Below are positions 1 through 12,900 of a stretch of DNA of 40,694 nt, piece by piece. Source of the stretch: a virus. Its lineage: Duplodnaviria > Heunggongvirae > Uroviricota > Caudoviricetes. Within the stretch, counting starts at the first letter, position 1; every line of letters begins with the position of its first letter. The notes under the pieces were generated by a model, which was given only the letters and a program-made list of their open reading frames with translations, was not told where the DNA came from and searched no databases. A program made the position numbers and the translations under genes. The stretch is taken from the IMG/VR virus record IMGVR_UViG_2874956758_000005; one strand, given 5' to 3'.

Positions 1-582
1 TTACTCTGCAGGTGAAGTCGGCCACTCAATATCAGGTGCAGTTGATGTATCAACACGGTTCAGCAACACCCGATACTTCTTCCAGGCTTCCAGCAACAAG
101 GTTTCTTCCTCCGTTGCGATCTCCAGATCCACAGCATCCTGAAGCGGCGCTATATGCTCACTGGCTACCTGCATCAGGCTGTTTTTTGTTTCTTCCGCCT
201 CCCGGATCCGGAACAGTTTTTCTGCTTCCGTATCCTTCACCCAGACTGTACCGTTCCACTTCTGAAACTCCCCTTCCGGGGATAACCAGGTGACATTTTC
301 CGGTAATGAGCCGAGTTCAGAAATAAATAACGCGTCGCCGGAAGCCACGTCATAGACCGTTTTACCCCGATGGTCTTCAACGAGATGCCACGATGCCTCA
401 TCACTGTTGAAAACAGCCACAAAGCCAGCCGGAATATCTGGCGGTGCAATATCGGTACTGTTTGCTGGCAGACCTGTATGAGGCGGAATATATGCGTCAC
501 CTTCACCAATAAATTCATTAGTTCCGGCCAGCAGATTATAAATTGTTATGGTCCGTGGTTGTTCACTCATTCTGAATGCCAT
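1..582 (-). CDS. tfa: tail fibre assembly protein (Tfa)
   Basis: 193-aa ORF immediately downstream of side tail fibre gene; stop codon complement at 1-3; typical lambdoid Tfa size and position. Confidence 0.8.
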   Translation of the reverse strand: MAFRMSEQPRTITIYNLLAGTNEFIGEGDAYIPPHTGLPANSTDIAPPDIPAGFVAVFNSDEASWHLVEDHRGKTVYDVASGDALFISELGSLPENVTWLSPEGEFQKWNGTVWVKDTEAEKLFRIREAEETKNSLMQVASEHIAPLQDAVDLEIATEEETLLLEAWKKYRVLLNRVDTSTAPDIEWPTSPAE

Positions 583-3419
583 TATGCAAGCCTCACAATA
601 TAGTTAAATGCGATGTTTTTGACGGTGTTTTCCGCGTTACCAGCAGCGTTAACGGTGATGGTGTGTCCATGTGAACCAATCGCAACGGAGTGCGTATGAG
701 CACCAATACCGACAGTATGTGCATGTGCGCCTGCGCTTGCAGCAGTGCCGGACAGCGAGTGGGTATGAGCACCATCTGATGATGTCTTCCCTGCATTACG
801 AGTCTGGCCACTACCGCTTGTTGTGCTCATAATCCCCGCGCTTAGATTTGAAATCGCGGTATAACCATTAGGGAAAATGCTCGTGTTCGTGCCACCAAAT
901 GCACCGGAACTCTTGTGTTGGTGCGCACCGGCACTATTTGCAGTCCCGCTAATACTATGGGTATGCGCCCCGGTGTTATTCGTGGATTTGGTTCCGTAAT
1001 CAAACGACGATGTGTTTTTCGTCCCCAAATCCGTACTGGATGCGCTGGCGCTGTGGGTGTGCGATTTAATGCCGTCCTGTTCCTGAGATAATACGGCCCG
1101 ACCACTGGCGGGCTTGCCCTTAATCGTCCAGCCACGCATATCAGGGATCACGCCTGACGGATAAGCCGCTGCAAGTTTCGGGTATGCAGATTTGTCAAAA
1201 GCCTGCCCCTGCATCAGGGCATAGCCAGACGGAACGGTATCTGATGGCCACGGGATTGGTGCGCCAGGCGGATAAAACTGCTCTGATGGCGTATAGAGTG
1301 AATAAACTGTACCGTCCGTTAACCCTTCCGGCTTATTAGCAGAATATGCTGGTGACGTATGAATCGTCACGCTGGCATTACTGGTATAATCCCATTGAAT
1401 ATTTACACCAGTCGCATAATTTCCGATTGCAACGTAAATATCGTAAGTATCACCAGATGTATTAACCCAGGCAAAATTTGTAAACCCTGTCAATGTGCGC
1501 TGCCATAAAGCACCAGTAATCCCCTTCGGATTACCATTACCTGCACGTAAAACAAGTTCAGATATACCTGCCTGTTGAGGTGACCCCACGTTAAATCCAG
1601 CGCCACCAATCAACGTAATTGAAACAACAGAACTCGCCTGTGGCATGGTTACCGTTGCTAATTTGAACCAACCAGCACCACCGCTGAATGACATTGTTGT
1701 TGAGTTAAGCGTACCAATATCTTTCGGCGTCAGTGTTATATCCGCTGAAAGCGCCTTACCATTCACCTTACGGGCAGAAGGTACCCGACCATTCGCATTG
1801 TCATTAGCTGCTTTCACTGCTTTCGGTGTCGCAGCAAGCGTTTCAGATGTGCTGTTGGTTGCACTACTGAGCTGGACAATTCCTTTTTGTGCTGTCGTAG
1901 CGTCCTGTGCGGTGTATTTCCCGTTAGCCAGGTCATACGCGGCCTTAACGGCTTTTGGCGTTGCCGCCTGTGACTCGGAAGTGCTGTTGGTCGCACTGCT
2001 GAGCTGTACTATCCCCTTTTTCGTCGTGCTCGCATCCTCAAGCGCCACGGCGGATGCAATATCCTCTGCCCGTTTTGCTGCTGTCTCGGCGCGCGTTGCC
2101 GCGGATTCCGCCGTACTTTTGCTCTGTGCTGCCGCTGCCGCACTGCCAGCAGCCTCTGTCGCCTTCGTGGATGCCGTCGTGGCGCTGCCCCTCGCTGCTG
2201 ACGCCTGTCTGGTCGCCTCATCTTTTGAAGCAGACGCAGATGATGCCGATGACGCCGCCGAACTGGCGGACGATGCGGCAGCCGTTTTTGAGGATTCTGC
2301 GCTGGTTTCCGACGCTTTCGCGTTCGTTTCGGATGTCTTCGCTGCGGAAGCAGACCTCGCTGCTGCGCTGGCCTGTTCAGTGGCTTCGCCAGCCTTCGTT
2401 GTGGCTGTTGAAGCGGATGATGCGGCGCTTTCTGCCGATTTTCCGGCGGCGGTGGCACTGACTGCTGCCTCCTCTGCCTTAATGGACGCCTCACGGGCCG
2501 ATGATGCAGCTGCTGTCTCAGAGTCTGCCGCAGCTGAGGCGCTCTGTTCCGCTGCCGTTTCAGAAGACTTAGCATTCGTCTCGGACGTTTTTGCCGCCTT
2601 CACGGAATTTCCTGCCGCCGTTGCCGAGGAGGCTGCACTGCTGGCGCTTGTGGAGGCGTTCGTTTCTGATGATTTTGCCGCCTCTTTGGAGGCCGCCGCA
2701 TCTCTGGCTGAAGTGGCGGCTTCTGACGCTTTCGTCGTCGCAGTGGATGCAGAAGTGGCTGCTGATTTTTGTGACGCTGCAGCATTCGTTTCTGACGTTT
2801 TCGCCGCACCGGCACTGGTGGCCGCCGCGCTTTTTGAGGACTCTGCAGCGGCAGCACTTTTTTCCGCTTCAGTGGCCTTTGTTGATGCCGTTCCTGCGCT
2901 GGAAGACGCTGACTGAGCCGACGTCGCGGCCTGTCCGGCTGACGTGCTGGCTGCACGCGCTGAGCCTGCAGCATCAGTCGCATGGGTTGCCGCCTCACGG
3001 GCAGATGTGCCGGCATCACTGGCTGACTTCTTCGCGGCTGCCGTGTTCTGTGCCACCGCGGACGCGTTACGCGCCACCTCTTCCACCATCAGTTCAAAAC
3101 GGCGCAGAGCCTCCGGACGGGCATCATCCTCCGTCATGGCACCGAGAAAATCATTCAGCGTACCGGGTCGGGAATCTTCATACACGGTGATGGTCCCGGC
3201 ATGTGACGGCGGGAATCCTTCCACCAACAGAATAACGCTGTACTGACCGTACTCAACGTCCATGCTGTAACGCCCGGCTTCATCCGGATTTTCTGAGGCC
3301 AGCGTGTTCACCACCACCGTGGTGCTGTTACGTTTTGCTTTCAGCTGGATTGTGCAGTTCTGTACCGGTTTTCCTGTGCCGTCTTTCAGTACACCTGAAA
3401 TCTTTACTGCCATATTCAC
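582..3419 (-). CDS. stf: side tail fibre protein (Stf) with Ala/Ser/Thr-rich shaft and tail-fibre repeats
   Basis: 945-aa ORF; N-terminus [17 protein letters not shown] typical of lambdoid Stf; two tandem ~37-aa [14 protein letters not shown]...[10 protein letters not shown] repeats; His/Gly/Thr-rich C-terminus. Confidence 0.85.
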   Translation of the reverse strand: MNMAVKISGVLKDGTGKPVQNCTIQLKAKRNSTTVVVNTLASENPDEAGRYSMDVEYGQYSVILLVEGFPPSHAGTITVYEDSRPGTLNDFLGAMTEDDARPEALRRFELMVEEVARNASAVAQNTAAAKKSASDAGTSAREAATHATDAAGSARAASTSAGQAATSAQSASSSAGTASTKATEAEKSAAAAESSKSAAATSAGAAKTSETNAAASQKSAATSASTATTKASEAATSARDAAASKEAAKSSETNASTSASSAASSATAAGNSVKAAKTSETNAKSSETAAEQSASAAADSETAAASSAREASIKAEEAAVSATAAGKSAESAASSASTATTKAGEATEQASAAARSASAAKTSETNAKASETSAESSKTAAASSASSAASSASSASASKDEATRQASAARGSATTASTKATEAAGSAAAAAQSKSTAESAATRAETAAKRAEDIASAVALEDASTTKKGIVQLSSATNSTSESQAATPKAVKAAYDLANGKYTAQDATTAQKGIVQLSSATNSTSETLAATPKAVKAANDNANGRVPSARKVNGKALSADITLTPKDIGTLNSTTMSFSGGAGWFKLATVTMPQASSVVSITLIGGAGFNVGSPQQAGISELVLRAGNGNPKGITGALWQRTLTGFTNFAWVNTSGDTYDIYVAIGNYATGVNIQWDYTSNASVTIHTSPAYSANKPEGLTDGTVYSLYTPSEQFYPPGAPIPWPSDTVPSGYALMQGQAFDKSAYPKLAAAYPSGVIPDMRGWTIKGKPASGRAVLSQEQDGIKSHTHSASASSTDLGTKNTSSFDYGTKSTNNTGAHTHSISGTANSAGAHQHKSSGAFGGTNTSIFPNGYTAISNLSAGIMSTTSGSGQTRNAGKTSSDGAHTHSLSGTAASAGAHAHTVGIGAHTHSVAIGSHGHTITVNAAGNAENTVKNIAFNYIVRLA

Positions 3420-3422
3420 CCC

Positions 3423-3450
3423 ACAAAAAAGCCCGCCTGAACCGGCGGGC
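3423..3450 (-). terminator. rho-independent terminator between lom and stf
   Basis: 7-bp GC stem GCCCGCC/GGCGGGC (3431-3450) followed on the minus strand by a T6 run (plus A-run 3425-3430). Confidence 0.55.
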
Positions 3451-3477
3451 TGTCATAACACTGTGTTACCTGGCTAA

Positions 3478-4077
3478 TCAGAACTTATAACCGACACCCA
3501 CGATGAAATCGTCAGTGCGCCAGTCGCCACTGCCGGAGCCTTCATAAGCAATATCAATGGCCACGGATTCGGTCGGGTTAAACTGCACGCCAGCTCCCCA
3601 CGCCAGAGACGTGTTGCTGTGGCGACCGTCATCACTTCCGGTCAGCACGTCGTGCGTTTTCCCCTTGTTGTCAGTTACGCGGAGATAATCCCCGGAAAAA
3701 GTCGACACACGGCTGTAAGCCACGCCCGCCATCGCATACGCACTGAACCATTCATTCACGCGCACAGACGGCCCCGCCATCACGCTGAACCAGCGGTTAC
3801 GCACGGAATCTTCATGCCAGCGGGTATCGCTGTAACGGGTAAGCTGGCGATTCTTGTCTCCTGCATAGCTGAATGACGTCACCATCCCCAGCGTATCCGT
3901 AAACTCATAACGGTATTTCACGTTAATCCCGTTCAGATCATCGCTGCCGGGAACGTTGGTCGAGGCATGAAGATACCCCGCGCTCAGCGTGGACTGATGT
4001 TCAGACGCCCATGCAGGCGCACCGGATACGGCCAGACAAATGGCTGCGGACAAAATTGCTGCACAAACTTTACGCAT
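3478..4077 (-). CDS. lom: Lom/Ail-family outer membrane protein
   Basis: 199-aa ORF with signal peptide and C-terminal aromatic ...GVGYKF beta-barrel terminus; sits between J and stf as in lambda. Confidence 0.9.
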
Positions 4078-4146
4078 AATTACCTCTCGCTTTTCTGCAA
4101 TAAAAAAGGCACCATTTCTGGTGCCCTTATATGGGTTATAACAATT

Positions 4147-7100
4147 TCAACGAATACTGATGCCGGAAGCCGCTTTTTTGGTCACAATCACCGTACAGTC
4201 GGTGATATTGCCTGCCCCCTGATTGCCTTTCTGGAAAATCTTAAACTCCAGAGTGACGCTACCACCACCACTAGGCATATCAATAACTGCACTGTAACTA
4301 CCGGGAATGGCCCCTTTAGTTTCTCTGGATGCGATTAATACGCCGTTTTTGCGAACTTCAAAACCATAACCCGTGTATCGCGTGCCTCCTAGGTTATTTC
4401 CGCTCCCCGGATCGTCATACGCTATACCGTTAAAAATAATGGGCGGAATAATAATCTGGCGGTCAAAGTTATGATCATCGCTGATGGTGACTGTAACCGT
4501 ACCGTTTGGTGTTTCCGTGTTACCCCACGTACCGACTTTTTTCGGGAAGGCTTTTGATACAGCTTTAACGAAATCCCCTCTGACCTGGGTCGCCTCCAGC
4601 ATGCCCTTAATCGTACAGTTTTCATTTACCGTGACATTGTTGAGCGTCCCGGCGTTCGCATTCACACTGCCACTGATATCCGCATTTTTAGCGGTCAGCT
4701 TTCCGTCTGATGTCAGGGAAAATACCGGAGGACTGCCACCACTGGTAATGGTGGGGGCCGTCAGGCGCTTCAGGAACACGTCGTTCATGAATATCTGGTT
4801 GCCCTGCGCCACAAACATCGGCGTTTCATTCCCGTTTGCCGGGTCAATAAACGCGATACGGTTAGCGGCAACCAGAAACTGGCTCAGCTTGCCTTCCTCT
4901 GTGTCCTCCATGCTGAGGCCAATACCCGCGACATAATGTTTGCCGTCTTTGGTCTGCTCAATTTTGACGCCCCACATGGCATTCCATTTATCGTTAGCGT
5001 CCTTCCACTCTTTCGAAAACTCATCCAGTCTGCTGGCGTTATCCTCCGTCAGATCAACTTTTTCCAGCAGCTCTTTACCGAGATGGGATTCGGTTATCTT
5101 GCCTTTGAAAAAATCCAGGTAACCTTCCGCATCATCGCTCGCCCGACCGACGGCCTCCACGAATGCCGATTTGCCAACGGTGTTCACACTGCGGATATAA
5201 AAGTAATAATCATGGCCCGGTTTGATATTGATACTGGCGGCTATCCAGTACAGCCCCGTGCCAAGGTAGCGGGCTGTGGTTTCAACCTGCCTGATATCGG
5301 TAATCCGCGTTTCCGAGAACCAGAACTCAAACTGTACCGTCGGATCATAAACCGCAAGATGCGGCGTGGCAGTTATCTGAAAATAGCCCGGCGTCAGCTC
5401 AATCCGCGACGGCGCTGCCGGGGCGGCAATCCGGAACGATACCGACGCCGGATCGCCCTGCTGTCCCCGGGCATTTACCGCCCGGACCGTCAGCGTGTAA
5501 CGCCCCAGCGCCAGCTGCCTGAAGCGGTAAGTGGTTTCCGTCGTCCGGGCCGTGCTGACCAGCCGCTCACTGCCGTCATCGGCGGCCACGGTCAGGCGAA
5601 GCATAAAGCTCACACCCTTCACTACCTTCGGCGTGTCCCAGCGCGCCAGCACCTGATATTCCCCGCTGTCTGCGGTGACTTCGGCGGTCAGGTGCTGCAC
5701 CGCTGGCGGCGTGACACCATTCACCGTGCCGCTCTGGTCGCCGTCAAAGTACGCCCCGTTATCCACGATGGCCTCTTTTTCCGGTACATGCTGCACGGCG
5801 GTGATGGCATACGTGCCGTCGTCGTTCTCACGGATACTCACGCAGCGGAACAGGCGCTGGCGCAGCGTCGGCAGCTTCAGCCCCCACACGCTGTATTCAG
5901 CAACACCGTCAGGAACACGGCTCACTTTCACCTTCACGCCGTCGGTGACGGACTGAACCTCCACGCTGATCGGATTGCCACTTCCGTCAACCAGGCTTAT
6001 CAGCGTGGTACCGGAGGATGGCAGCGTGATTTCACGGTCGAGCGTCAGCGTCCGGGTCTGGCTGTTTACCGCCAGCACGCGCCCGCCGATGCTGATACCG
6101 GCATAGTCATCATCACAGATTTCAATGACATCGCCCGGCACATGGCGAAGCCCTTCTGCGCCCACGCTGAAGTCCACGGTCTGCGTTTCCAGCAGTTCTG
6201 TTTTAATCAGCCACAGCCCGGCGCGATGTGCCTGCCCCCGGCTGGTACAGCCAAAGGCATCCATTTTCGTGACGTTACGACCGTAACGGGCAATGGCCTG
6301 CGTATCCTCCACAAGCTCTGTCGCCGTCTCCCAGCCGTTATTCGGGTCAATCCAGTTCACCTCAACGGCATTATGGCGGTCCTTCAGGGCGCTGAAGCTG
6401 TAGCGGAACGGCGCACCATCATCCGGCATCACCACATTACTGCGGTTATAGGTCCACACCTTATCTGATGGCCGGTCCTGCACGAACGTCAGCGTCTGCC
6501 CGTTCCATACCGGCATACAGCGCATCGCCGAGCAGAAATCACTGAGCACATCCCACGCCTTGCGCTGTGTGGTCAGGTAAGCGTTACAGATGATGCGCGG
6601 CTCCGTGCCGCCAAAGCCATCCGGCACCGACTGGTCGCAGTACTGGCCGATGACATACAGCGCCCATTTATCCACATCTGCCGCACCAAGACGTTTCCCC
6701 ATGCCGTAGCGCGGGTGGGTCAGCATATCCCACAGACACCAGGCCATGTTGTTGCTGTATGCCGGTTTTAACGTTCCGTCCCAGATACCGCTGTATTGCC
6801 GCGTCTGCGGGTTATAATTCGACGGCACCTGCAGAATGCGCCCGCGAAGATGATAATTACGGCTCACCTGCTGGCTGCCGAACTGCTCCGAATCCACCTG
6901 CACGCCGACCAGTGCCGTGTTCGGGTAGCACTGTTTCACATCGATGATTTCGGTGTATGACGACCAGAGCGTTTTGTTCTGCAGCTGGTCTGTGGTGCTG
7001 TCCGGCGTCATTCTGCGCATCCGGATATTAAACGGGCGCGGCGGCAGGTTATCCACCACCACCGAGGCCAGATACTGCGAGGTGGTTTTGCCCTTAATGG

Positions 7101-7560
7101 TGATATCTTTTTCCGTCACCCAGCCACCATTACGCTGTATCTGAACCAGCAGGCGAACTTCCGACGGATTCCGGTCCCCCTTTGAGGTGGTTTCCACCAG
7201 TGCCTGCACACCGAAGGTAAAGCGCAGTCGGTCGATGTTTGCCGACGTGATGGCGCGGGTGATCGGCGTGTCGTATTTCACTTCCGTACCCAGCACCGTC
7301 TCGGAGCCGGAGGATTCAAATCCCTCCGGCGGTGTCTGCTCCTGCTCACCGGCCCGGAACACCACCGTGACGCCGGAGATGTTGGTATTCCCCTCACTGT
7401 CCAGCACTGGCGTACTGTTCAGCAGCACGCTTTTTAATCCATCCACCGGACCTTCAATCGGCCCTTCGCTGATGGCATCGATCACACTCAGCAACTGCGT
7501 GGACTTCAGGTTGTCCTTCGCTTCGCGCGGAGTATGCCCCTTACTGCTGCCTTTACCCAT
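4147..7560 (-). CDS. J: tail tip / host specificity protein J
   Basis: 1137-aa ORF beginning [24 protein letters not shown], the characteristic lambda J N-terminus; follows I. Confidence 0.9.
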   Translation of the reverse strand: MGKGSSKGHTPREAKDNLKSTQLLSVIDAISEGPIEGPVDGLKSVLLNSTPVLDSEGNTNISGVTVVFRAGEQEQTPPEGFESSGSETVLGTEVKYDTPITRAITSANIDRLRFTFGVQALVETTSKGDRNPSEVRLLVQIQRNGGWVTEKDITIKGKTTSQYLASVVVDNLPPRPFNIRMRRMTPDSTTDQLQNKTLWSSYTEIIDVKQCYPNTALVGVQVDSEQFGSQQVSRNYHLRGRILQVPSNYNPQTRQYSGIWDGTLKPAYSNNMAWCLWDMLTHPRYGMGKRLGAADVDKWALYVIGQYCDQSVPDGFGGTEPRIICNAYLTTQRKAWDVLSDFCSAMRCMPVWNGQTLTFVQDRPSDKVWTYNRSNVVMPDDGAPFRYSFSALKDRHNAVEVNWIDPNNGWETATELVEDTQAIARYGRNVTKMDAFGCTSRGQAHRAGLWLIKTELLETQTVDFSVGAEGLRHVPGDVIEICDDDYAGISIGGRVLAVNSQTRTLTLDREITLPSSGTTLISLVDGSGNPISVEVQSVTDGVKVKVSRVPDGVAEYSVWGLKLPTLRQRLFRCVSIRENDDGTYAITAVQHVPEKEAIVDNGAYFDGDQSGTVNGVTPPAVQHLTAEVTADSGEYQVLARWDTPKVVKGVSFMLRLTVAADDGSERLVSTARTTETTYRFRQLALGRYTLTVRAVNARGQQGDPASVSFRIAAPAAPSRIELTPGYFQITATPHLAVYDPTVQFEFWFSETRITDIRQVETTARYLGTGLYWIAASINIKPGHDYYFYIRSVNTVGKSAFVEAVGRASDDAEGYLDFFKGKITESHLGKELLEKVDLTEDNASRLDEFSKEWKDANDKWNAMWGVKIEQTKDGKHYVAGIGLSMEDTEEGKLSQFLVAANRIAFIDPANGNETPMFVAQGNQIFMNDVFLKRLTAPTITSGGSPPVFSLTSDGKLTAKNADISGSVNANAGTLNNVTVNENCTIKGMLEATQVRGDFVKAVSKAFPKKVGTWGNTETPNGTVTVTISDDHNFDRQIIIPPIIFNGIAYDDPGSGNNLGGTRYTGYGFEVRKNGVLIASRETKGAIPGSYSAVIDMPSGGGSVTLEFKIFQKGNQGAGNITDCTVIVTKKAASGISIR

Positions 7561-7619
7561 TCCTCACGCTCCATAAACGACAAAACCGCCCGGAGGCGGT
7601 TTCACATAAACGTTTTTCA

Positions 7620-8267
7620 TCAGCGACCAATCACCACAACCTGACCACCATCCCCTTCGTCTGCCGTGCTGATCTCCTGAGAGACCACCCGCGACCCCAC
7701 GCGCATTTCACCGTACAGAACGGGCAGAACATTGCCCTGGGCAACCATGTTATCCAGTGAGGAGAAATAAGTGTTCTGTTTGCCGTTATCTGTACTGGCT
7801 GCCGTGGGCATCCTGGCTTTCGGTGCCAGCATCTGCGCCACACCACCCAGGATCATACTGGCCCCTGCTGCATACATACCCGATACAGCCGCGGCCCCCA
7901 GCCAGCCAACAGGGTTCCACCATGCCACCGCAATCAGCGCCGCACCCAGCACCGCCTGAAACACACCGCCACTTTTGGCACCCGCCAGACGCGGAACGAT
8001 GTGGATCACGGCACCATTTGCCAGCGGTTCATTAAGACGGGCAGATAATTCATTTTCGCCTGCATCACGCCCGGCAATGCGTACCTGATACCAGCCGTCG
8101 CTCAGCTTCTGACGAAACGCCGGGATCTGCATGGCCAGCGCCCGGATGGCTTCGGCCCCCGTTTTCACACGCAGATCGATGCGGCGGCCAAATCGTTGTA
8201 AATCCCCGTAAAGGCAGATGCGCGCCATGCCCGGTGACGCCAGAGGGAGTGTGTGCGTCGCTGCCAT
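7620..8267 (-). CDS. I: tail assembly protein I
   Basis: 215-aa ORF, MAATHTLPLASPGMARICLYGD... with Gly/Ala-rich hydrophobic middle and acidic C-terminus; between K and J. Confidence 0.85.
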   Translation of the reverse strand: MAATHTLPLASPGMARICLYGDLQRFGRRIDLRVKTGAEAIRALAMQIPAFRQKLSDGWYQVRIAGRDAGENELSARLNEPLANGAVIHIVPRLAGAKSGGVFQAVLGAALIAVAWWNPVGWLGAAAVSGMYAAGASMILGGVAQMLAPKARMPTAASTDNGKQNTYFSSLDNMVAQGNVLPVLYGEMRVGSRVVSQEISTADEGDGGQVVVIGR

Positions 8268-8908
8268 TTGTCGGTATACCTCTCTCGTTTGCTCAGTTGT
8301 TCAGGAATATGGTGCAGCAGCTCACCGTCACCACAGTAAATGGCGGCATGATTCGGCACCGATGAACCAAAGCAGCACAGCAGCACGTCGCCAGGCTGCG
8401 CCTCTGTCAGTGCGACACGGTAAAAACCAGTCGCCTCCATATTGTCAAGATAGAGATTCTGACCGTGACGCCACCAGTCATCCCCGCGATGAAAATCCGG
8501 CATCTCAATCCCCGCCAGATGATAAGCATCCCGGAACAGCGTGTAACAGTCCGTCACCCCGTGCTCAAAGCGCCGCCCGGTGAGATGCGGCACACAGCGG
8601 AACTTATGAATCGTCCCCCGGCAGACCAGCCACCACGGCAAATCACTCTGCACCTGCAGCCGCCGGTCGGCCTCACTCAGCCAGGGCAGACCACCGGGGT
8701 GGCTGTGGACCAGCGCCACAATCTCACCCTGCATCTCTGCCCGCAGCCAGTCCTCCGGCGACATCCGGAAATACGCCTCCGGCTCACCGGAGATATTCAC
8801 GCAGGGAAAATATCTTTCCCCTTCCGGCGTTCTCACCACGAAGCCGCACGACTCCGCTGGCGCACATCGCCGGGCGTGCGCCAGAATCGCTGATTCTGTC
8901 TCTGTCAT
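8165..8908 (-). CDS. K: tail assembly protein K (JAB/MPN plus NlpC/P60-type domains)
   Basis: 247-aa ORF MTETESAILAHARRCAPAESCGF... with HSHP metal-site motif; 3' end overlaps I start by ~100 nt in another frame. Confidence 0.8.
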   Translation of the reverse strand: MTETESAILAHARRCAPAESCGFVVRTPEGERYFPCVNISGEPEAYFRMSPEDWLRAEMQGEIVALVHSHPGGLPWLSEADRRLQVQSDLPWWLVCRGTIHKFRCVPHLTGRRFEHGVTDCYTLFRDAYHLAGIEMPDFHRGDDWWRHGQNLYLDNMEATGFYRVALTEAQPGDVLLCCFGSSVPNHAAIYCGDGELLHHIPEQLSKRERYTDKWQRRTHSLWRHRAWRASAFTGIYNDLAAASICV

Positions 8909-8913
8909 GGGAT

Positions 8914-9612
8914 TTACTGCGAAAGTTTGTTAATGGAAAGGTAGCCGCCAAAATTGCCGACGTTATTGCGGAACTTGCAACCACTCAGGCATTTGCTGCA
9001 CTTATCCTTCGTGATATCGGACGTCGGCTGGTCATATTCATCCGCGACTGCCGGACCGTGATAACCGCACTCATCACCGCGATAGGTCCAGGTGCAGGTG
9101 TTGGCCAGCATGATACGCCCCGGAAAAACAGCGCCATCCGTTTCCGTCGGCGTGGACAGTACAAAGGAGGCACTCACCGCGCTCAGTTCGCTGCACTGCT
9201 CGATGCGCCAGCGGCTGATCACCTCCTGCTCCGGATCGGCGTCTCTGTTTCCGTTGACGAAGTTCACCGCATCCAGAAAACGGGCGTAAACCTTACGCCG
9301 GACCACCGTTCCGCCGACCAGACTCTGCAGATCTTCCGCCATCCCGGTGACCATGCCGTACAGATTAGAGACTTTAAGCGTTGGCCTTGCACTGGCTCCT
9401 TTGCCGTTCATCTCAAATCCGCTTCCCTGAATGGGATAAGCCTGATACTGCCGCCCCTGCCAGGTGACTGGTTCACCTTTTTCGTTCTGCTCATTACAGA
9501 AGAAATAACGATCTCCGCCGACCTCTGTCAGATCAATTTCCCAGAGCACGACCAGCGCGGATTGCTCCGTTTTAGTGCACTCATTGAGTGTTTCCTGCTG
9601 TATATCCTGCAT
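8914..9612 (-). CDS. L: minor tail protein L
   Basis: 232-aa ORF with C-terminal Cys cluster (CSKCLSGCKF); between M and K. Confidence 0.8.
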   Translation of the reverse strand: MQDIQQETLNECTKTEQSALVVLWEIDLTEVGGDRYFFCNEQNEKGEPVTWQGRQYQAYPIQGSGFEMNGKGASARPTLKVSNLYGMVTGMAEDLQSLVGGTVVRRKVYARFLDAVNFVNGNRDADPEQEVISRWRIEQCSELSAVSASFVLSTPTETDGAVFPGRIMLANTCTWTYRGDECGYHGPAVADEYDQPTSDITKDKCSKCLSGCKFRNNVGNFGGYLSINKLSQ

Positions 9613-9968
9613 CAGTGAGTGACCTCTTCAAAGGTACAGTTAAAATCGGTATACATGGCATTATCCGAAATGCTCCACTCCCTGCAGACAACCCGGACAG
9701 TCCTGTTGTGTTTTGGCGGACGCCACAAAAAAGCACGAATCCCGGCATGACGGGATAAAAAACTGTCCAGCGCGGCACGGGAATATTCATCTGTGACACG
9801 AAATACCGGTTTAAACGTTTTCAGATCCGCATTCAGACCACCAGCCCGTCGCTGTTCATATCCGTCACCAAACTTTACCGTAATAACTGATGGCTTTCGT
9901 GTCGTCTCCATCCCCTCACGGGGGATCCAGTTAAAAACTTCAGGCTCAGGCACTGTACAATCCTCCAT
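9612..9968 (-). CDS. M: minor tail protein M
   Basis: ORF directly after tape measure gene; contains KFGDGYEQR motif; start taken at ATG 9968 (the track's 9998 start is TTG); start uncertain. Confidence 0.7.
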   Translation of the reverse strand: MEDCTVPEPEVFNWIPREGMETTRKPSVITVKFGDGYEQRRAGGLNADLKTFKPVFRVTDEYSRAALDSFLSRHAGIRAFLWRPPKHNRTVRVVCREWSISDNAMYTDFNCTFEEVTH

Positions 9969-12900
9969 CCCGACGCGATGACTGCATAATTGACACAACC
10001 CTGCTGTCGATCAGATCCACCAGTCCCCTGGCTGAGCGCGCATCTATCTCGCCATTGCTCCCTTGATTCTGAATGCTGATGTGATACACGGGAGAATAAA
10101 CAAATCCACCGCCACCATTCACATTTCCAATGGCCCTGACCCCAAGAGAGCCGTCCGCTGCCCGTGTCAGTGGCATGATTGCTTCAGGCCCGGCCTCGCC
10201 CATCAACCCGGCACCTTTCGCAAAAGCAAAATACGTCGGTGTATCCACAATAGTGTTACTGTAAGCACTCAGATTTGCCGATGTGTAAACACCACCTTTT
10301 GCGTTTGCCACTGCCCCCGAAATCCATCCGCCGACCGTACCAAGCCACCCTCCGGCACCGGAGAGTGATTTCAGTCCGTTAACAATGGCTGCATTCATCA
10401 GAATTTTTGAAACTTCCCGGAGAACTGAACTCCCCCAGTTCCTCCAGTCCACAACATTCCCGGCCAGTGCATCGGAAATATTTGATACCAGCCCGTCCAT
10501 CGTGGAAACGACAGCATCTGCCGCCTGTGAAGCATAATCGGTGGCACTGTCTGCCCAGTTGGTCAGTCCCTCCTGGAGTCCGGCATTCCAGTTATTACGT
10601 AAAGCATCGGCCTTTGCATAATAATTCTGCTGATCGCTGAGACGCTCTTCCAGATATTTTTTATTCAGTTCTTTCTCCTGTTTCCACAGGGCTTCTTCAA
10701 TTTCTCCGGCCTGATACTGTCTCAGCAGCTCGTTATTTTTCTGCTCAAACGCCTGCCGGATACTCCACATTTCCTGGAGTCGTTCACGCATCCGTGAGCC
10801 TTCACCATATCCCAACAACTGCGCTTCGTCAGATGCCCGGGCACTGGCATTACTGTCCGCCAGACTGCTCTCATACGCAGCAAGCTGCTCACGAATCTTT
10901 TTCTGGTCGATGAGTGCTGCATTCTGCAAAAGCGTTTTTTTCTGCGCTTCTGACAGGGTTGATAATTCGCCCTGACTGACCTGATATTTCATCTTAGCCA
11001 GTTCAGTATTCTGCCCTGCCAGTGCTATTTGTTCTTTTTGCTGTTTAATCAGCCGTTTATAAATATCTTCTGTTTTTTCCGCTTCGGTCTTTTTATGCGC
11101 TTTGGGTTTATTTGCCTGGTTATTTCGCCAGGCATCCAGTGAGTTATTGATATAATTCTGTCTGGCTGTCTGATATGCCTCTCCCACAAAGCCGAGATCA
11201 TCCGCAGCATAACCCAGGCGGGCACGCTCACGGGCTTCCCCCTTCAGGCGGGACAGAGCCAGTTCGCGCTCGCTGTTATTCAGTGCAGTCTGCTGTTTAT
11301 CATCCAGGGTTGCCTGTGGTAGCCGTAACGGTACATTCACCAGCCCCTGTCGCTGCTGAAGTAATTCATTACCGAGCCCGAGAAGACGATTAAACTCGGT
11401 ATGCTGCCCATTCATGATCAACAGGGACTGATACGCTTTGTTTTGTTCCGCGGCCTGTTGACGGATCAACGCCACCCGTCGCTCCTCCAGCCCGGCAAGC
11501 ACATCCTGAATGGATTGCGCTTTGCCCTGCATTTGTGTGAGACGGGACTGTTCAACTGCCAGTTGATTTGTTGCTTCTGCAAGCCCTTCTGTGACAGTTT
11601 TTACCGACGTCATGTGGTTAATCATAAAACCGTTATCGGTTGTCCAGCCCGAGTTTGCCAGCACATACTGATAGCCAGCAATTTTTTCCTGTAAGGATTT
11701 AATCTTACTTTTCTGCTCGTCAATTAACCTGTTTTGCTCATCAAGTGCCTGCCGCGTCTTTTCCTCATTATCTGACGCTTCAGGAAGCGACATTGCCGAC
11801 GTTTTCTGGCGAATTTCGTCGATTGTTGCGGCATACTGGCGTGCAGATTCTCTGGCCTGCTCCTGATTCTGATACATCGTGTACCAGGCCGTCGCCCCCA
11901 GCATGACGAGTCCCGGCACACCACCAACCAACCCCAGCGCACCACTTAACAGACGACTCCCCACTGACGTGACAGTATTCAGCGTTGTCTGTGCCGCTGT
12001 TCTGGCCGCAATATTACGGGTAAGTGACGCCTGGGCAGCTGTCAGCTTCGCTTCTGCTGCGGCCTGCCTTTCGGTACCGCGAGCAGCAACAACCGCCTGT
12101 TGCGCACGATAAACCGCCGCACGCGCCCTGGCGGTTGCTATCTGTGTCCCCCGAAGTTGCGCTTCAGCAAGAGCCACTTCGTTTCTGGCTGCAGTAATTA
12201 ATCCGGCAGTTGCAGATCCAGCAGACGACGCCATATTGCCAAAATATCGGGCTACCCCGACGGCAACCAGAGCACCGGCAGCGGTTGCCACGGTGTCAAT
12301 ATTGCCTGCAATACCATTCAGCACACCGGAGAGCGTCTTCGTCACTCCGCTTGCCTCGTTCGCACCACCAACCCAGGCCATAAAGGCGTTTTCAACTTTG
12401 GTTGCAGAGGATGAAACCGTATCAGGCATTGCCGCATATTCATCACGTAATGCCCCAAGCTGACTAATCAGTGCAGGAACAACCTTATCGGCGGTCAACT
12501 TTCCGTTATCCGCCATGGCCTTCAGATCCTTACGGGCAACTCCCATTCCCGCAGCCAGAGCACGAATAACACGATCGCCGTTCTCATTCACCGAGTTAAA
12601 CTCTTCACCGCGCAGCACTCCCTGCGCCAGAGCCTGACTGAACTGCGTGATCACCGAACTGGCTTCTGCTGTACTGGCACCGGATAATTTCAGGCCCGTG
12701 GAGATCGCCTCGGTGACTTTCAGTACCTCCTCAGAACTGTAACCATACTCCCGCATGGAAGCTGCAGAGCGGGCAAAAAGGCTGGCGTTATCAGAAAAAG
12801 CCGTCCCCGTTCTCTGGCTGATCGCCATTAATTCACGCTGTGATGACTGAAAATCATCACTGGACTGTGAGGCCTGCTTCAGACGGGCATTTACTGAATT

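Noticed and set aside
2009-2575. 188-aa Arg/Pro/Gln-rich minus-strand ORF
   Set aside because: Alternative frame inside stf; extreme composition typical of an off-frame read of GC-rich repeats.
1645-2916. 423-aa plus-strand ORF rich in Ala/Val/Asp
   Set aside because: Antisense to the side tail fibre gene; it mirrors the low-complexity Ala/Ser/Thr-coding repeats and has no RBS or gene context.
4936-6468. 510-aa plus-strand ORF
   Set aside because: Lies entirely antisense within J, which is strongly supported; Arg-rich, with no start context.
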